This document shows, piece by piece, positions 33,944 to 44,402 of a stretch of 64,000 nucleotides of DNA. The notes under the pieces were generated by a model. That model searched no databases and was not told where the DNA came from. It saw only the letters and a program-made list of their open reading frames with translations. Made by a program: the position numbers and the translations under genes. The stretch comes from an uncultured delta proteobacterium. Its GTDB lineage: Bacteria > Desulfobacterota > Desulfomonilia > UBA1062. Location: NCBI GenBank assembly GCA_963752595.1, contig CAVVYZ010000020.1, positions 160,334 to 224,333 on the forward strand, in the 5' to 3' direction. How positions within the stretch are numbered: the first letter of the stretch is position 1; each line of letters opens with the position of its first letter.

Positions 33944-36190
33944 GAGATCCCTGATCCTGTTCATCATGTCACGCTGCTCCCGGGTGAGGTCCTCAAAGGA
34001 CATCCACTGATCCAGCATCGACAAGGCGCGTTCCCTGTCTTCCTTACCGGAAAGCAGCAGGGGAAGATCTTTCAGGGTTCGCTCAGGCTCCAGGAGCACC
34101 ATGATCGCGGCATCGGAACGGATCTGCCGAAGATGATCTTCGGAAAGGTTTGACAGTACCTTGTCCGAACGGACAAACATATCTTTCCTCTCCAGGTGAA
34201 GCTGAGGTATGGGCCCTGCATACCGGCCCACCAGCGCCATGATCCGAGCGATGGCCTCCGGGTATCCACCCTTGTCGATGCCGGCAAGGGCTTCTTTCAC
34301 GTAGGGGAGCTCGTATGAATTTATCGTTTCATCGCGTTGCAGTCCCCCGGTCTCGATACCCTTCGGGGCACCCAGCGCAACCATCGAGCCGTAGATCTGG
34401 AAGAAGACCGATTCGCTTATGGCATCTCTCAGGTCCCGGTAGAGATCCAAGTACCCTTTGATCGTTTCGGACCACGCCCCTTCGAGCCTGCGTAAGGGAT
34501 TGTCTTCCGGAACCTGCTTGCGGTATGCCCTTACGGCGGGGGCCATGGCCGCAACAGGCCACACCGCGGGGTTGATATTACTGATGAACCAGCGCTGCGC
34601 GCGCAAGGGATGAAGCATACGGCCCGTCCGGGCGGTTGTCTTGTTGACCATGTTTTTGACCAGAGGCCGGCCGAAAAGCGTGTAAACCTTTTCGTTCATC
34701 ACCGACACCTCGGCAACAGCCTCGAAAGGCTTCTCGTCCCTTCGTTCCAGATGGTTGAGCTGCCGGAGTTCTTCCAGAGGAACTTCCCGGAAGGTCGAGA
34801 TGTATTTGTCTTTCCCCTTACGGGATGTTTCCTCGATTTCCATGACGTAGAGGCCGGGCCTGAGCCTCTCGATGTAATTGAGGGCCCCGGCGATTTTCGT
34901 GTGCTCCTTCCTGGCGACCTTGCCGGAGACAAAGATTCCCAGGTGACCCACGTCTTCCTGCAGGAGCATTATGATGACCTGGCCGTGCGCCTTGATCTCG
35001 GCCGTGCTCGAGTAGACATCGGAAATCCAGTTGATCGCCTGCTGCGGCGGGGTAATATTGTCGCCCTTCGAGGAGAAGATAACGATCGGCGAACGGACGG
35101 CCTTGAGGTCCACGTAGGTGTCGGGCGAAGCCTTCACCTCACCACGGGCGAGCTTGTTGCCGATGAAGAGATTATCGATGATCCAGTGAATTTCTTTCTC
35201 GTTCATCAGGAAGTAGCCGCCCCACCACCTCTCGAATTCGAGGAATCGTTCGCGCTCCGTATCGATTTTTTTCCATAGGTTGTAGTATTTGGTCCAGAAG
35301 GTGTTTTCCGGGTTAAGGCTCTCGAAGTTAACCACGAGGTTGGCGCCGTCGAATCTGCCCCTGCCCAGGTCGCTGGCCAGAAGAGCCATCCAGGTGCCTC
35401 CCAGGAGCCCCCCCTGGTAGCGCATCGGATTTTCACGACCGCCTCCGCTCCAGCTGCCGCTCCAGTACGACATGGGCGCGCCGCTGATCACGACCGGACC
35501 CACCTTCTCCGGGTCATTGGCCGCGACGAGCATGGAGGCCCAGCCGCCCTGGCAGTTCCCGTAAATAGTAGGCTTGGGGCTGTCCGGGTGCCTCTTCACA
35601 ACGGTATCGACGAACTTCGACTCGGCGACTGAAACGTCGAGGACCGTCTGGCCCGGTTCCGGTTCCGGGAAGAAAATCACGAAATAAACGGGGTGCCCGA
35701 ATTGAAGGGCGACACCGACTTCGGAATCCTCCTTGAAGCCACCGATGCCCGGTCCATGGCCCGCACGGGGATCCACGATGATGAAGGGACGTTTGGTGTC
35801 ATCGACCTCCACCCCCTCCGGCGGGATGATACGGACCAGAGCATAGTTGACAGGACGTTCAAAGGTCCGCCCGTCCGAGATCATCTCCCATTGAAATGCC
35901 AGAAGCGGGGGTGAGCCTTCTTTCTCGTGCTCGAAGAATATATTGCCGCGCTCGCGCAAAACATCCCAGAAAAGCAGCGACCGCTGTGCAAAATCAATCG
36001 CGTATGAGACGCCCGCATGCCAGAGATTCTCGGTTGGAGTCTCCTCGGAAGGTTTTGCTTCCATCGCGGCATTCTGTATGCGTTCCAGAAATGTTTTCTG
36101 GGCACCAAGAGTGCGATCCGCGTAGAGCCGGCCGATCATCCCCATGAGATCGAAAAGATTATCTGTCATCTTCGTCTCTTGTTCTTCCAT
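33929..36190 (-). CDS. DUF3141 alpha/beta hydrolase (PHA synthase/depolymerase-related)
   Basis: RPVNYALVRI, DPRAGHGPGIGGFK, GNCQGGW, GDNITPPQQA, GHLGIFVSG. Confidence 0.88.
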   Translation of the reverse strand: MEEQETKMTDNLFDLMGMIGRLYADRTLGAQKTFLERIQNAAMEAKPSEETPTENLWHAGVSYAIDFAQRSLLFWDVLRERGNIFFEHEKEGSPPLLAFQWEMISDGRTFERPVNYALVRIIPPEGVEVDDTKRPFIIVDPRAGHGPGIGGFKEDSEVGVALQFGHPVYFVIFFPEPEPGQTVLDVSVAESKFVDTVVKRHPDSPKPTIYGNCQGGWASMLVAANDPEKVGPVVISGAPMSYWSGSWSGGGRENPMRYQGGLLGGTWMALLASDLGRGRFDGANLVVNFESLNPENTFWTKYYNLWKKIDTERERFLEFERWWGGYFLMNEKEIHWIIDNLFIGNKLARGEVKASPDTYVDLKAVRSPIVIFSSKGDNITPPQQAINWISDVYSSTAEIKAHGQVIIMLLQEDVGHLGIFVSGKVARKEHTKIAGALNYIERLRPGLYVMEIEETSRKGKDKYISTFREVPLEELRQLNHLERRDEKPFEAVAEVSVMNEKVYTLFGRPLVKNMVNKTTARTGRMLHPLRAQRWFISNINPAVWPVAAMAPAVRAYRKQVPEDNPLRRLEGAWSETIKGYLDLYRDLRDAISESVFFQIYGSMVALGAPKGIETGGLQRDETINSYELPYVKEALAGIDKGGYPEAIARIMALVGRYAGPIPQLHLERKDMFVRSDKVLSNLSEDHLRQIRSDAAIMVLLEPERTLKDLPLLLSGKEDRERALSMLDQWMSFEDLTREQRDMMNRIRDLCKST

Positions 36191-36819
36191 TGCCGCCTCC
36201 TTTACCCGCTTTTGGTCTTGTCTACGAAGCCCTTTGCCGGGTATGCCTTTAAGCGTCGGCATGTCGGCTTTTGCCACCCAGTCTCCACCCATGCCTTTGT
36301 ATGTTTTTAAGATTACTGCCAGGTTTGCGGCATGGGTTTGCAGCACATATCACTTCAATTTAGTATGGCATGGATGATGAACTTTCAAGCTCACCATTTC
36401 TGTAACAGGCTCTCACCTGAGGGGAAGAAGGCTCTTTCATGATTCCGGGGACGGTACATTCACGGGTGTCCCCTCTTGCTTCTCTTACCCTTGCCCTGGC
36501 TTGAGTTCTTGGGCCTGGATGGCATTATTATCGCCATGAATGAATAGCAGCGCCCTGGAAACCCGGTCAGCTCAAAGAAGAAGTTGTATGCCATGAAGAT
36601 CATAGGGGAGGAGTCGTCTTTCCTCCACGTCTGCCGTGACATGGCGAATATCCCCGATGCAAGAACCCGGAAAGAAGAGAGCCTGAACGGAAAATCAGGG
36701 GGTCCGGGCATGCATTCGATTGCGGAATCGAGCAGGCATGGGCCCGGTCGGAGGATGTTCTCGATCAGACAATTTCGGAATTCATACGAGGGGCAAGGCA
36801 GAGAAAAGGAGGTGTGCGT

Positions 36820-38775
36820 ATGCCGGGTACGAAATATACCAGGCTGTTCGAAGAAGGAAGGATCGGAAGGATGACGGTAAAAAACAGGATTGTCATGCCC
36901 CCCATGGCGACAAATTATGCAGGGCCTTCGGGTGAGCCGACCGAGCGCTTGATCGGGTACTATGCGGAGAGGGCAAAAGGGGGCGCAGGGCTGATCATCG
37001 TCGAGAATGTCCAGGTGAAGTATCCTGAAGGAAAGAATGTGGCATGTCAGCTCCGACTGGATCACGACAAGTATATTCCGGGCTTTCAGGAACTGGCTGA
37101 GGCGGTGCATGCATATCAGGCACGGATATTCATTCAGATCCATCATGCCGGCAGGCAGTACCATGATATTGAGGGCGCAGAAGGTGTCGATCCTTCAGGC
37201 ATACCCTGCGGGTTTCTCCAGCAGCCCGTGAGGGCACTGGCCGGTGAGGAGATCCGGGATCTCGTCGAGCGTTTTTCCGAGACGGCGTTGAGGGCGAAGA
37301 AGGCCGGGATGGATGGCGTCGAGTTCCACGGAGCTCACGGATATCTCATCAATGAGTTCATGTCTCCCCATACCAACCAGAGGGTGGATGAATGGGGCGG
37401 GACATTCGAGCGGCGCATGAGGTTTCCCTTAAGAATCATTGAACGCACACGTGAAAAGGTCGGGCCCCGTTTTCCCCTGTCCTTTCGGTTCAGCGCGGAT
37501 GAATTCGTCCCCGGAGGGCTCACCCTGGAGGATTCGAGGCGGATCGCGCAGTATCTGGAAAAGGCAGGCATAGATGTCCTGCATGTAAGCGCCGGCATCT
37601 ACGAATCCATGCAGCGGATTCTCGAGCCCATGCGTTTCGAGGAGGGCTGGCGCAGCTATCTGGCTGCTGAAATCAAAAAAGTGGTTCACATTCCGGTTAT
37701 CACCGTTGGACAGATCCGGAGCCCGGAGGTTGCCGAACAGATTCTTAAGGACGGCAAAGCTGATTTTGTCTCCCTGGGAAGGACCCTCATCGCGGACCCG
37801 CACTGGCCTCGAAAGGTTCAGCAGGACAGAGTGTCTGATATCAGGAAATGCATCAGCTGCAATATCGGCTGCATCGGAGGACACGTATTCAACGATCTCT
37901 ACATGAGGTGTACGGTAAATCCCGTGACAGGCCATGAGCGGCTTGAGGGATGGGCGAACCTGATTCCGGCAAAAATGAAGAAGAAGGTCATGGTGGTGGG
38001 AGCCGGCCCGGGCGGCATGGAGGCGGCGAGGGTGGCTGCCCTGAGAGGTCATTCGGTGACCCTCTACGAAAAGGAAAACGAACTGGGCGGTCAGGTCCGC
38101 ATCGCTGTCAGGGGCCCGGGCAAGGACAAGCTCAATTTTATTCCGACCTATTATTCCCATTCCCTGAAGTCCGCCGGAGTTAAGGTGGAGATGAACACAC
38201 CAGTGGATGCAGAGACCTTCAAGGAGAAAAAGCCTGACGTGGTCATATTCGCAACCGGTGCCGTGCCCGTTGTTCCCGACATAACAGGCATCGACAATCC
38301 CGATATGGTCAGGGAGAGCTGGGATGTTCTCAGCGGCGCTGCGCAGGTTCCCGGGAACAAGGTCGTGGTGGCCGGCGGTGGTCTGGTCGGATGCGAGACT
38401 GCACTGTATCTGGCGGGGCAGGGGAAAGAGGTCATGATCATAGAAATGATGGATGAGCTTGCTTCCGACATGGAGCCGATCACCCGATTCGACTTTCTCA
38501 CCGAACTGCTCCCACAGGCAGGGATCAAGGCCATTCTGAAGCTGGTCATAGCGGAGATCACCGATCAGGGTGTCGTGGTACTGGATCGCTGGGGGAGCAA
38601 GTCACTTATCGAGGCAGACAATGTAGTGATCGCCCTGGGATCGTGCCCGGCAGATGCCCTGGTAAACGCTGCCCGGGACTACGCGCAGGAGACCTATGTC
38701 ATCGGGGATTGCAAAGAGCCCCGGAAAATCATCAACGCGACATTCGAGGGGGCGTCCATTGCTCGCATGATCTGA
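36820..38775 (+). CDS. NADH:flavin oxidoreductase (Old Yellow Enzyme-like with 4Fe-4S and FAD domains)
   Basis: KNRIVMPPM, HGAHGYL, CISCNIGC...CTVNP, GAGPGG, GGGLVG. Confidence 0.92.
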   Translation: MPGTKYTRLFEEGRIGRMTVKNRIVMPPMATNYAGPSGEPTERLIGYYAERAKGGAGLIIVENVQVKYPEGKNVACQLRLDHDKYIPGFQELAEAVHAYQARIFIQIHHAGRQYHDIEGAEGVDPSGIPCGFLQQPVRALAGEEIRDLVERFSETALRAKKAGMDGVEFHGAHGYLINEFMSPHTNQRVDEWGGTFERRMRFPLRIIERTREKVGPRFPLSFRFSADEFVPGGLTLEDSRRIAQYLEKAGIDVLHVSAGIYESMQRILEPMRFEEGWRSYLAAEIKKVVHIPVITVGQIRSPEVAEQILKDGKADFVSLGRTLIADPHWPRKVQQDRVSDIRKCISCNIGCIGGHVFNDLYMRCTVNPVTGHERLEGWANLIPAKMKKKVMVVGAGPGGMEAARVAALRGHSVTLYEKENELGGQVRIAVRGPGKDKLNFIPTYYSHSLKSAGVKVEMNTPVDAETFKEKKPDVVIFATGAVPVVPDITGIDNPDMVRESWDVLSGAAQVPGNKVVVAGGGLVGCETALYLAGQGKEVMIIEMMDELASDMEPITRFDFLTELLPQAGIKAILKLVIAEITDQGVVVLDRWGSKSLIEADNVVIALGSCPADALVNAARDYAQETYVIGDCKEPRKIINATFEGASIARMI

Positions 38776-38939
38776 CACGGCAGTCGCAACGGTGAGGTGT
38801 ACCTGCGTACGATTCTCGGAAACGACGAAGTCTGGAATGGGGAAAGGGACGAGGAGAAAACTGTTCGTTAAAGTGGTTTGGCGACACTCTTGTTTTTATG
38901 TTTATGGTTTCTTCAACGTTTGCAGGGAGCGCGGATAAG

Positions 38940-39854
38940 CCAAGGATACTCGCCGGAAGATCTACGGGGAGCTCATCGAGCGTTGTGATATGCCCACCTT
39001 TCCGGATTGCCATATCCGGGCATTCACCTACTTCGGGGTGTGCCCGGGGAGATCCTCTACGACCGGATGAGGAACGTCTATATCGGCAAGGTTGCAGGCA
39101 AGGCCAGGTTCAACACCACGATTCAGGGATTTGCCGTTCATTGCGCAAGGATCGGGTGATGAACGCCCGGAAGTACCATCACGGCAGACCGGCAAAGGGC
39201 AGGGCGAAGCTGACGATCTCTCCCTTGAGGTCCCGGTACGAGATGGACGTGCAGATCAGGCCGGTATCGGTATGCGACCATGCAGTGGGGTACCCGATAT
39301 GAGCGATATCATGGTGTTCGAGCGTATCGAGGCCAAACTCACCCGGCTGAGGCTTCCACGGATCCGAGTGATCCTCGACGGCACTATCCATGAGGCTGAA
39401 GAGCAGGGAAACGAGCTATCTCTCCTTCCTCGACGATCTGCTCGAAGAGGAAGTGGCCCAGAAGGAGCAGTGCCGGGTGGAAACCACGCTCAAGTTCTCG
39501 GGCCTGCCCTTCATCAAGTCCATCGACGAGTTCGACTTCACCTTCCAGCCCGGCCTTGACCGGCAGAAAGTCATGTCGCTCTTCGACTTGACCTTCATCC
39601 GGCTACGAGAAGGCCAGCACCATCCTGACCTTCAACAAGGCATTCACGGACTGGGCAGAGCTCTTTCATGACCAGGGCATCGTTACGGCTATTCTTGATC
39701 GCCTGCTGCATCACAGCGTCATGATCAATATCAGAGGCAACAGCTTCCGCCACAGGGAAAAAATCTCAAAAGACGGGGGTCGAATCTCATGGTTCAATCG
39801 TGTAGGGTGGTAAACTTCTCACGCCCATTTTTAACTTTTATATGCCCATTGGCA
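38940..39854 (+). mobile_element. Internally deleted IS21 remnant (istA and istB fragments plus right end)
   Basis: Fragments paralogous to 22439-24731 (YLSFLDDLLEEEVAQKEQ, FDFTFQP); end GGGTGGTAAACTTCTC...TGCCCATTGGCA. Confidence 0.88.
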
Positions 39855-39902
39855 ACTGCCGTTTTTCGGTTGAATGTTCCGGACAGACGTGAATGGCGGA
39901 AA

Positions 39903-39947
39903 GAAAAAGAAGTGGCAGGGTCTTAGAATCCCGGCCACTTCTTTTTC
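39903..39947 (-). terminator. Intrinsic terminator downstream of the lipoprotein gene
   Basis: GAAAAAGAAGTGGCAGGG..CCCGGCCACTTCTTTTTC. Confidence 0.7.
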
Positions 39948-39990
39948 GGAGCCCTGAACGTAAAGGTAAAAGCTCCCCAAAAAAATTGAC

Positions 39991-40296
39991 TTATTTCTTC
40001 ATCGATTTCTGGAAAAGGGCTTCAGCCCGCTTTTCCTTTTCCGTTGCTATCTGCTCCCTTTCCTCTGCCTTCTTTAAAGCTTCTTCGGCACGGGCGGCGG
40101 CGGCATCTGCCTTCATCTGGGCCTCATTAGCTGCCGCCTTGGCAGCTTGAGCCTCCTGAATGGCCTGATCAGCTTTCGCATCGATCACCTTTTCCCGCGC
40201 CTGAACATCCTCGAGGTCACTGGTTGTTGCACAACCCCCCAGAGCAAGAGCGAGAACAAGCACCATAGAAATCCCTAATAAAATCTTCTTCATCAT
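39991..40296 (-). CDS. Lpp/OprI-family alanine-zipper lipoprotein
   Basis: LGGC lipobox, Ala-rich heptads, C-terminus LFQKSMKK. Confidence 0.85.
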   Translation of the reverse strand: MMKKILLGISMVLVLALALGGCATTSDLEDVQAREKVIDAKADQAIQEAQAAKAAANEAQMKADAAAARAEEALKKAEEREQIATEKEKRAEALFQKSMKK

Positions 40297-40609
40297 TACC
40301 CCCTTTCTCTTTGGTTTCGATGTATTATTAACACAAACTGAGCCTGTGTGTCAGCCGGACCTTCGACTGTTTCACAGGTATTCGGACTTCTCTCAACCAT
40401 GGTTGTGCTCCCTGTCCTTCATGGGTCTCCCGGATGTTGCAGGTCCTTCGGGGAACACGTGCCTTTGCGATGAAAAAGGATAAGATCCTCTCGCTCGTGT
40501 TTCAGCACCAACCTTGGTCATGAAAAATGTTTTCGAATGACTGAGGCTCTTGATGGCATCAGAATTCATAATCATTGTCTCCAATATATTAACTGCTTGA
40601 TATTCTTAC

Positions 40610-40626
40610 AGCAATATACAAGCCAA
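40610..40626 (-). promoter_or_regulatory. Putative sigma54 promoter upstream of the lipoprotein gene
   Basis: Minus strand TTGGCTTG-TATA-TTGCT. Confidence 0.55.
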
Positions 40627-40875
40627 CATTGACAGTCTATAAAAATCAAAAGGTTGGATGGCAACTTCTCTCGTGGGCCTTTGACGGATGTACAGGTTCG
40701 TACACTCCAGCGTCTTTTTTGTAACCAGATCCCTGATGCCCTGGTTCATGCGTCATGAAGGATTACATAAAAAACGAACGAGCCCGGAATGCCGGCACCA
40801 TCGATTCTTCGTTAAGAACATCGACCACCTTGAGAGTTATAGTACGGCAATGTATTGAAGACACAACTGGAAAGA

Positions 40876-42201
40876 CTATCTCTTCTTGTCAGGTTCAATC
40901 AATATACCGTCTATTTCCAGATCGAATTTCAAGCGTTTGGCTGCATCTCTGGCCTCGCTGACATCATTGAAAGGGCCGGCGACAACACGGTAGCCATCGC
41001 TCCTTCGATAACACCCTTGCCGGGATTTGTGGACCCTGATGATTGATAATGGCGGCGATTCTCAAAGCTTCGATCTTGTCAGCCAGGTCAGCAGCCCAAA
41101 CATACCATGCCTCCGTTTTCAGCTCCGGTATTTCCGGTCTGCCATATAATTTGTCCGGGTGCTTGACTTCTATGGTTTGCTCGACCCACCTATTCTTGTT
41201 CGATCTCGAATATGGGAACAGGAATGCCCCGGGCCTCTGCCAGGACTTTCTCAACTTTTTTCCAGTCAAGCGTACGCCCGGTAGTTCTTTTCAATATTTC
41301 TCAATTTTGCATACATCTTCTCCAACTCAACAGCATCCGGGTCTTCCGGGGACGCATGAACTTCCAGGTAAACTATTTCATTCCGTTGACCTATCAGATA
41401 TGGCTGGTTGACGATGCGCACAGGTGTATTGACCGGCGTGTTCTCGTAGAGCTTCTTCACGTCTTCCGGATAGAGTCTCAGGCAGCCATTGGTTGCATTA
41501 AGACCAATGCTGGCCGGCTTATTCGTACCATGGATCAGATACGTCGACTTGCTTAAATAGAGCGCATATTCTCCCAGGGGATTCTGGGGTCCCGGCAAAA
41601 CTGCAGCGGGCAGAGGGTCTCCTTTTTTTCGATGATCCTCGGCAATTGAGGCAGGCACATACCAGGTCGGTCGGGTCACCTTGCGCGCCACATACATTTG
41701 ACCTGTGGGCGTGGGTCGCTCTGTGGTGCCGACACCGACCGGGTAGGTCATCACAACGAGTGACTTGCTGTCTCCTTTATATTGAAAGAGCCTCATGGTG
41801 GCCAGGTTGATCACGATGCCTTTTCTGGGAGCATCCGGCAGAATAAACCGCAGAGGCAGCATGATACGCTCTCCGGCCTTGGGCACCCACACATCTACCC
41901 CTGGATTGGCTGCACTGACTTCATTGATTCCCAGGCTGAAGTGTCTTGCAATGTCCGGCAGGGTATCCTCCTTTTCAAGCCTGATGACTGCCAGCCGGCC
42001 AATGACGTCACTTCCTTTCACAACCGGAAACTTGTTTCGTTCCAAATGGTTTTCCGGATGGATTTCAAAAGGCGAGGATATCTCCTGAATGCTTTTCATT
42101 ACAGCACATCCCTGGAGAAATGAGACGACTATGCACAAGACGATGAGACGAAGCCTTTTGGATAAAATCGAGAGTTCAATTATTCGGCACATGGTTCTCA
42201 T
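40876..42201 (-). CDS. L,D-transpeptidase lipoprotein (LysM-YkuD, ErfK/YbiS type) with C-terminal SPOR-like domain, frameshifted
   Basis: LQGC lipobox; DTLPDIARHF..ANPGVD; YLIHGTNKP..ATNGCLRL; tail YRVVAGPFNDVSEARDAAKRL ending at TAG 40876. Confidence 0.85.
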
Positions 42202-42281
42202 ATGGTGTTTTATCTCATGAATGTAAAATAATAAATCATTATTCAATTATGTACCGGCGAACGATAATCGTATAGGGCCTT

Positions 42282-43196
42282 CTACGGCCTTATCTCAACA
42301 ATCGTGCCATTCGGCACCAACTTTTCAATTTCCTCTATCTCTTCGTCTGTAACGGCAATACACCCTTTCGTCCAGTCAAACCCGGTGTGCAGATCGCCAA
42401 CCATCGAAAACCCATTCTTGATGCCGTGGATCATGATATCTCCGCCCGGAGAAACACCGAGTTCTTTTGCCCGCTTTTTGTCTCTCTCGTTTGGATAGGA
42501 AATGTGAAGAGACATGTGATAACGGCTGTCCTTGTTTCTTGAATCGATGACGTAGGTTCCTTCCGGGGTTTTGTTATCTCCTTGCCTTTCTTTCGGACCA
42601 TTCGGGTTTCCCCCCAAGGCTATCTTGTAGGTCTTGATGACCTTACCCTTTGAGATCAACGTCAATCGTCGTTCTTTCTTTTCTATCAGGACCTTGTCTG
42701 CCGGTCCCTTCTCCATTAAAAATACTTTTTGTTCGAGCGCTTCAATCTTTTTTTGCAGAGCAATAATCTCATTCCCCTTGCTTTTAACCTCTTGCTGGAG
42801 AGTCTCGATCAGTGTTTGTTGTGCGGCAATCCTCTTATCCTTCATCATGACATTATTGATATGAAATATCATCCTCTCGCTGTCATGCCGGTACTTGCTC
42901 CCCGGATAATCCTTTATGAGTTCCTGAAAACATCCCATAGATTTCTGGTAATCTTTCTGCTCATTCTTGGGATACGCGTAAATGATCCCCATCTCGAAAA
43001 GAACTCTGTCTCCCGCCGAGGGATATTTTTCAATGATTCGTTCATATTTTCTCAGAGAGGCCTCGTAGTTTCCCTGGCTGAAAAGATCATTCGCTTCTTT
43101 GAAGGTCGACCTGACCTGAAACTGACTGCACCCGCATATCAGAATCGGTGTCATCATGATACAGGCAAAGAAAAAGTTATAAAGCCCACCTGTCAC
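42282..43196 (-). CDS. Lipoprotein with TPR, coiled coil and YafK/DpaA-like YkuD domain
   Basis: ICGC lipobox-like; KERQGDNKTPEGTY, SYPN, GGDIMIHG..WTKGCIAV. Confidence 0.85.
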   Translation of the reverse strand: MTGGLYNFFFACIMMTPILICGCSQFQVRSTFKEANDLFSQGNYEASLRKYERIIEKYPSAGDRVLFEMGIIYAYPKNEQKDYQKSMGCFQELIKDYPGSKYRHDSERMIFHINNVMMKDKRIAAQQTLIETLQQEVKSKGNEIIALQKKIEALEQKVFLMEKGPADKVLIEKKERRLTLISKGKVIKTYKIALGGNPNGPKERQGDNKTPEGTYVIDSRNKDSRYHMSLHISYPNERDKKRAKELGVSPGGDIMIHGIKNGFSMVGDLHTGFDWTKGCIAVTDEEIEEIEKLVPNGTIVEIRP

Positions 43197-43287
43197 TACT
43201 TTGCTTTTTACCCATACTTTCCTTCGTATTCTTTAATAATATGCCTGATGATCGCAAAAACCAATCCGTCTCCTCTTGCTGATATAC

Positions 43288-43303
43288 AGCAAAACATGTG
43301 CCA
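43288..43303 (-). promoter_or_regulatory. Sigma54 promoter of the YkuD gene pair
   Basis: Minus strand TGGCACA-TGTT-TTGCT. Confidence 0.75.
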
Positions 43304-43506
43304 CATTCTTGCATAAAATGTTACATGAACCGAGACCATTGACACCTGCTTCTCTCCTCGTGATTCTACAAAGACAGAGTGACAAACTTTTTTGGCAAAT
43401 TCCATATTGAACGAATCGGGTATTGTGTTGGTGAAATGACCTTTGCCTCAGGCATCGACAAGACGCCCGAGGCAAAGGTTAGGTCTTTTGTCTTTTGCAA
43501 ACCGCC

Positions 43507-43800
43507 TCAGTTCAGAATATTGATCCTTCCCAGTGCAGCGCCGCCTGTTCCGTAGATTGCCTCGGGGATGCCGGTCCCGTTTGCCGGGAAGGCGGCGCTG
43601 GGGAATTTCAACAGGGCCATCCACTCCTTGAGCTCCTGGACGCCGGGCTCAGGGCTCGCATCGATGCGGTAGGCCATGTACGTGGAGGGATCGATGATAT
43701 TCCCGGATTCATCCCGGGGTATGATCTGGAGGCCCATGGAGGTAACCTTGGTCGGGATATAACCGATGCCGATGAAATGAAGTGCGCCGTGTCGGTTATT
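43507..43800 (-). pseudogene. Orphan 3' gene fragment, possibly the C-terminus of a 5'-nucleotidase-like protein
   Basis: GLQIIPRDESG..RIDASPEPGVQELKEWMALL with no N-terminal part nearby. Confidence 0.35.
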
Positions 43801-43820
43801 TCCGGATTTCCCTTAAAACA

Positions 43821-43857
43821 GTAAAGAAAGGGAAATAAGGCTTTTCCCTTTCTTTAC
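43821..43857. terminator. Hairpin terminator downstream of DUF3795
   Basis: GTAAAGAAAGGGAAA-TAAGGCT-TTTCCCTTTCTTTAC. Confidence 0.6.
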
Positions 43858-43940
43858 GATTATCTGATGTCCAAGATACGAAAAGGGAACAGATCGGTCT
43901 GACAATAAATCTGTCACCTTATTTTCGTTATTGCTTACGG

Positions 43941-44292
43941 CTACAGGCCTTCCCTGATGGCCTCCAGGTTTTTTCTGGGCTCTTCCCTGGGGAGGATCGA
44001 GAGAAGGCCGTTGAGTTTCTCGCAGGAATAGTCGCTGCAGTGGCCGCAGGAATCCAGACCTTTTTCCCTTGAGCACAGGCGGACAGCGCAACTTCGGCAG
44101 TGGCCGAAGAGCTTCCCTTCGTTCTGCCTGCACCCGTCGCAGTTGATGTCCGCAGCGTTGACTTCGTGTTTTGAACATCTTCGACCAGAAGTCTGCCACC
44201 TTTGCCCTTTTGGCATCGTCGTCGGCCTGGGTTGCCCTATAGGTCGGGCAGGCACTGCAGTCGATCCCGCAATACGAAATCATGTCTTTCAT
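43941..44292 (-). CDS. DUF3795 Cys-rich protein, frameshifted
   Basis: YCGIDCSACP, CDGC, CAVRLC, CGHCSDYSCEKL. Confidence 0.82.
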
Positions 44293-44402
44293 ACCTATTC
44301 TCCTTGTCTATTATTATATAAGCATTCCTGCTTCCCATTCACTTAAGGGTATCCCTGCTCTCGGCCAAAAACGCTTTGAATGGCCGCCGGTGTCCTCACG
44401 GG

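Noticed and set aside
22439-39854. One 17-kb composite transposon between the outer IS21 ends
   Set aside because: The first IS has its own target duplication inside the thiolase, and the interval holds housekeeping lepA-hemW.
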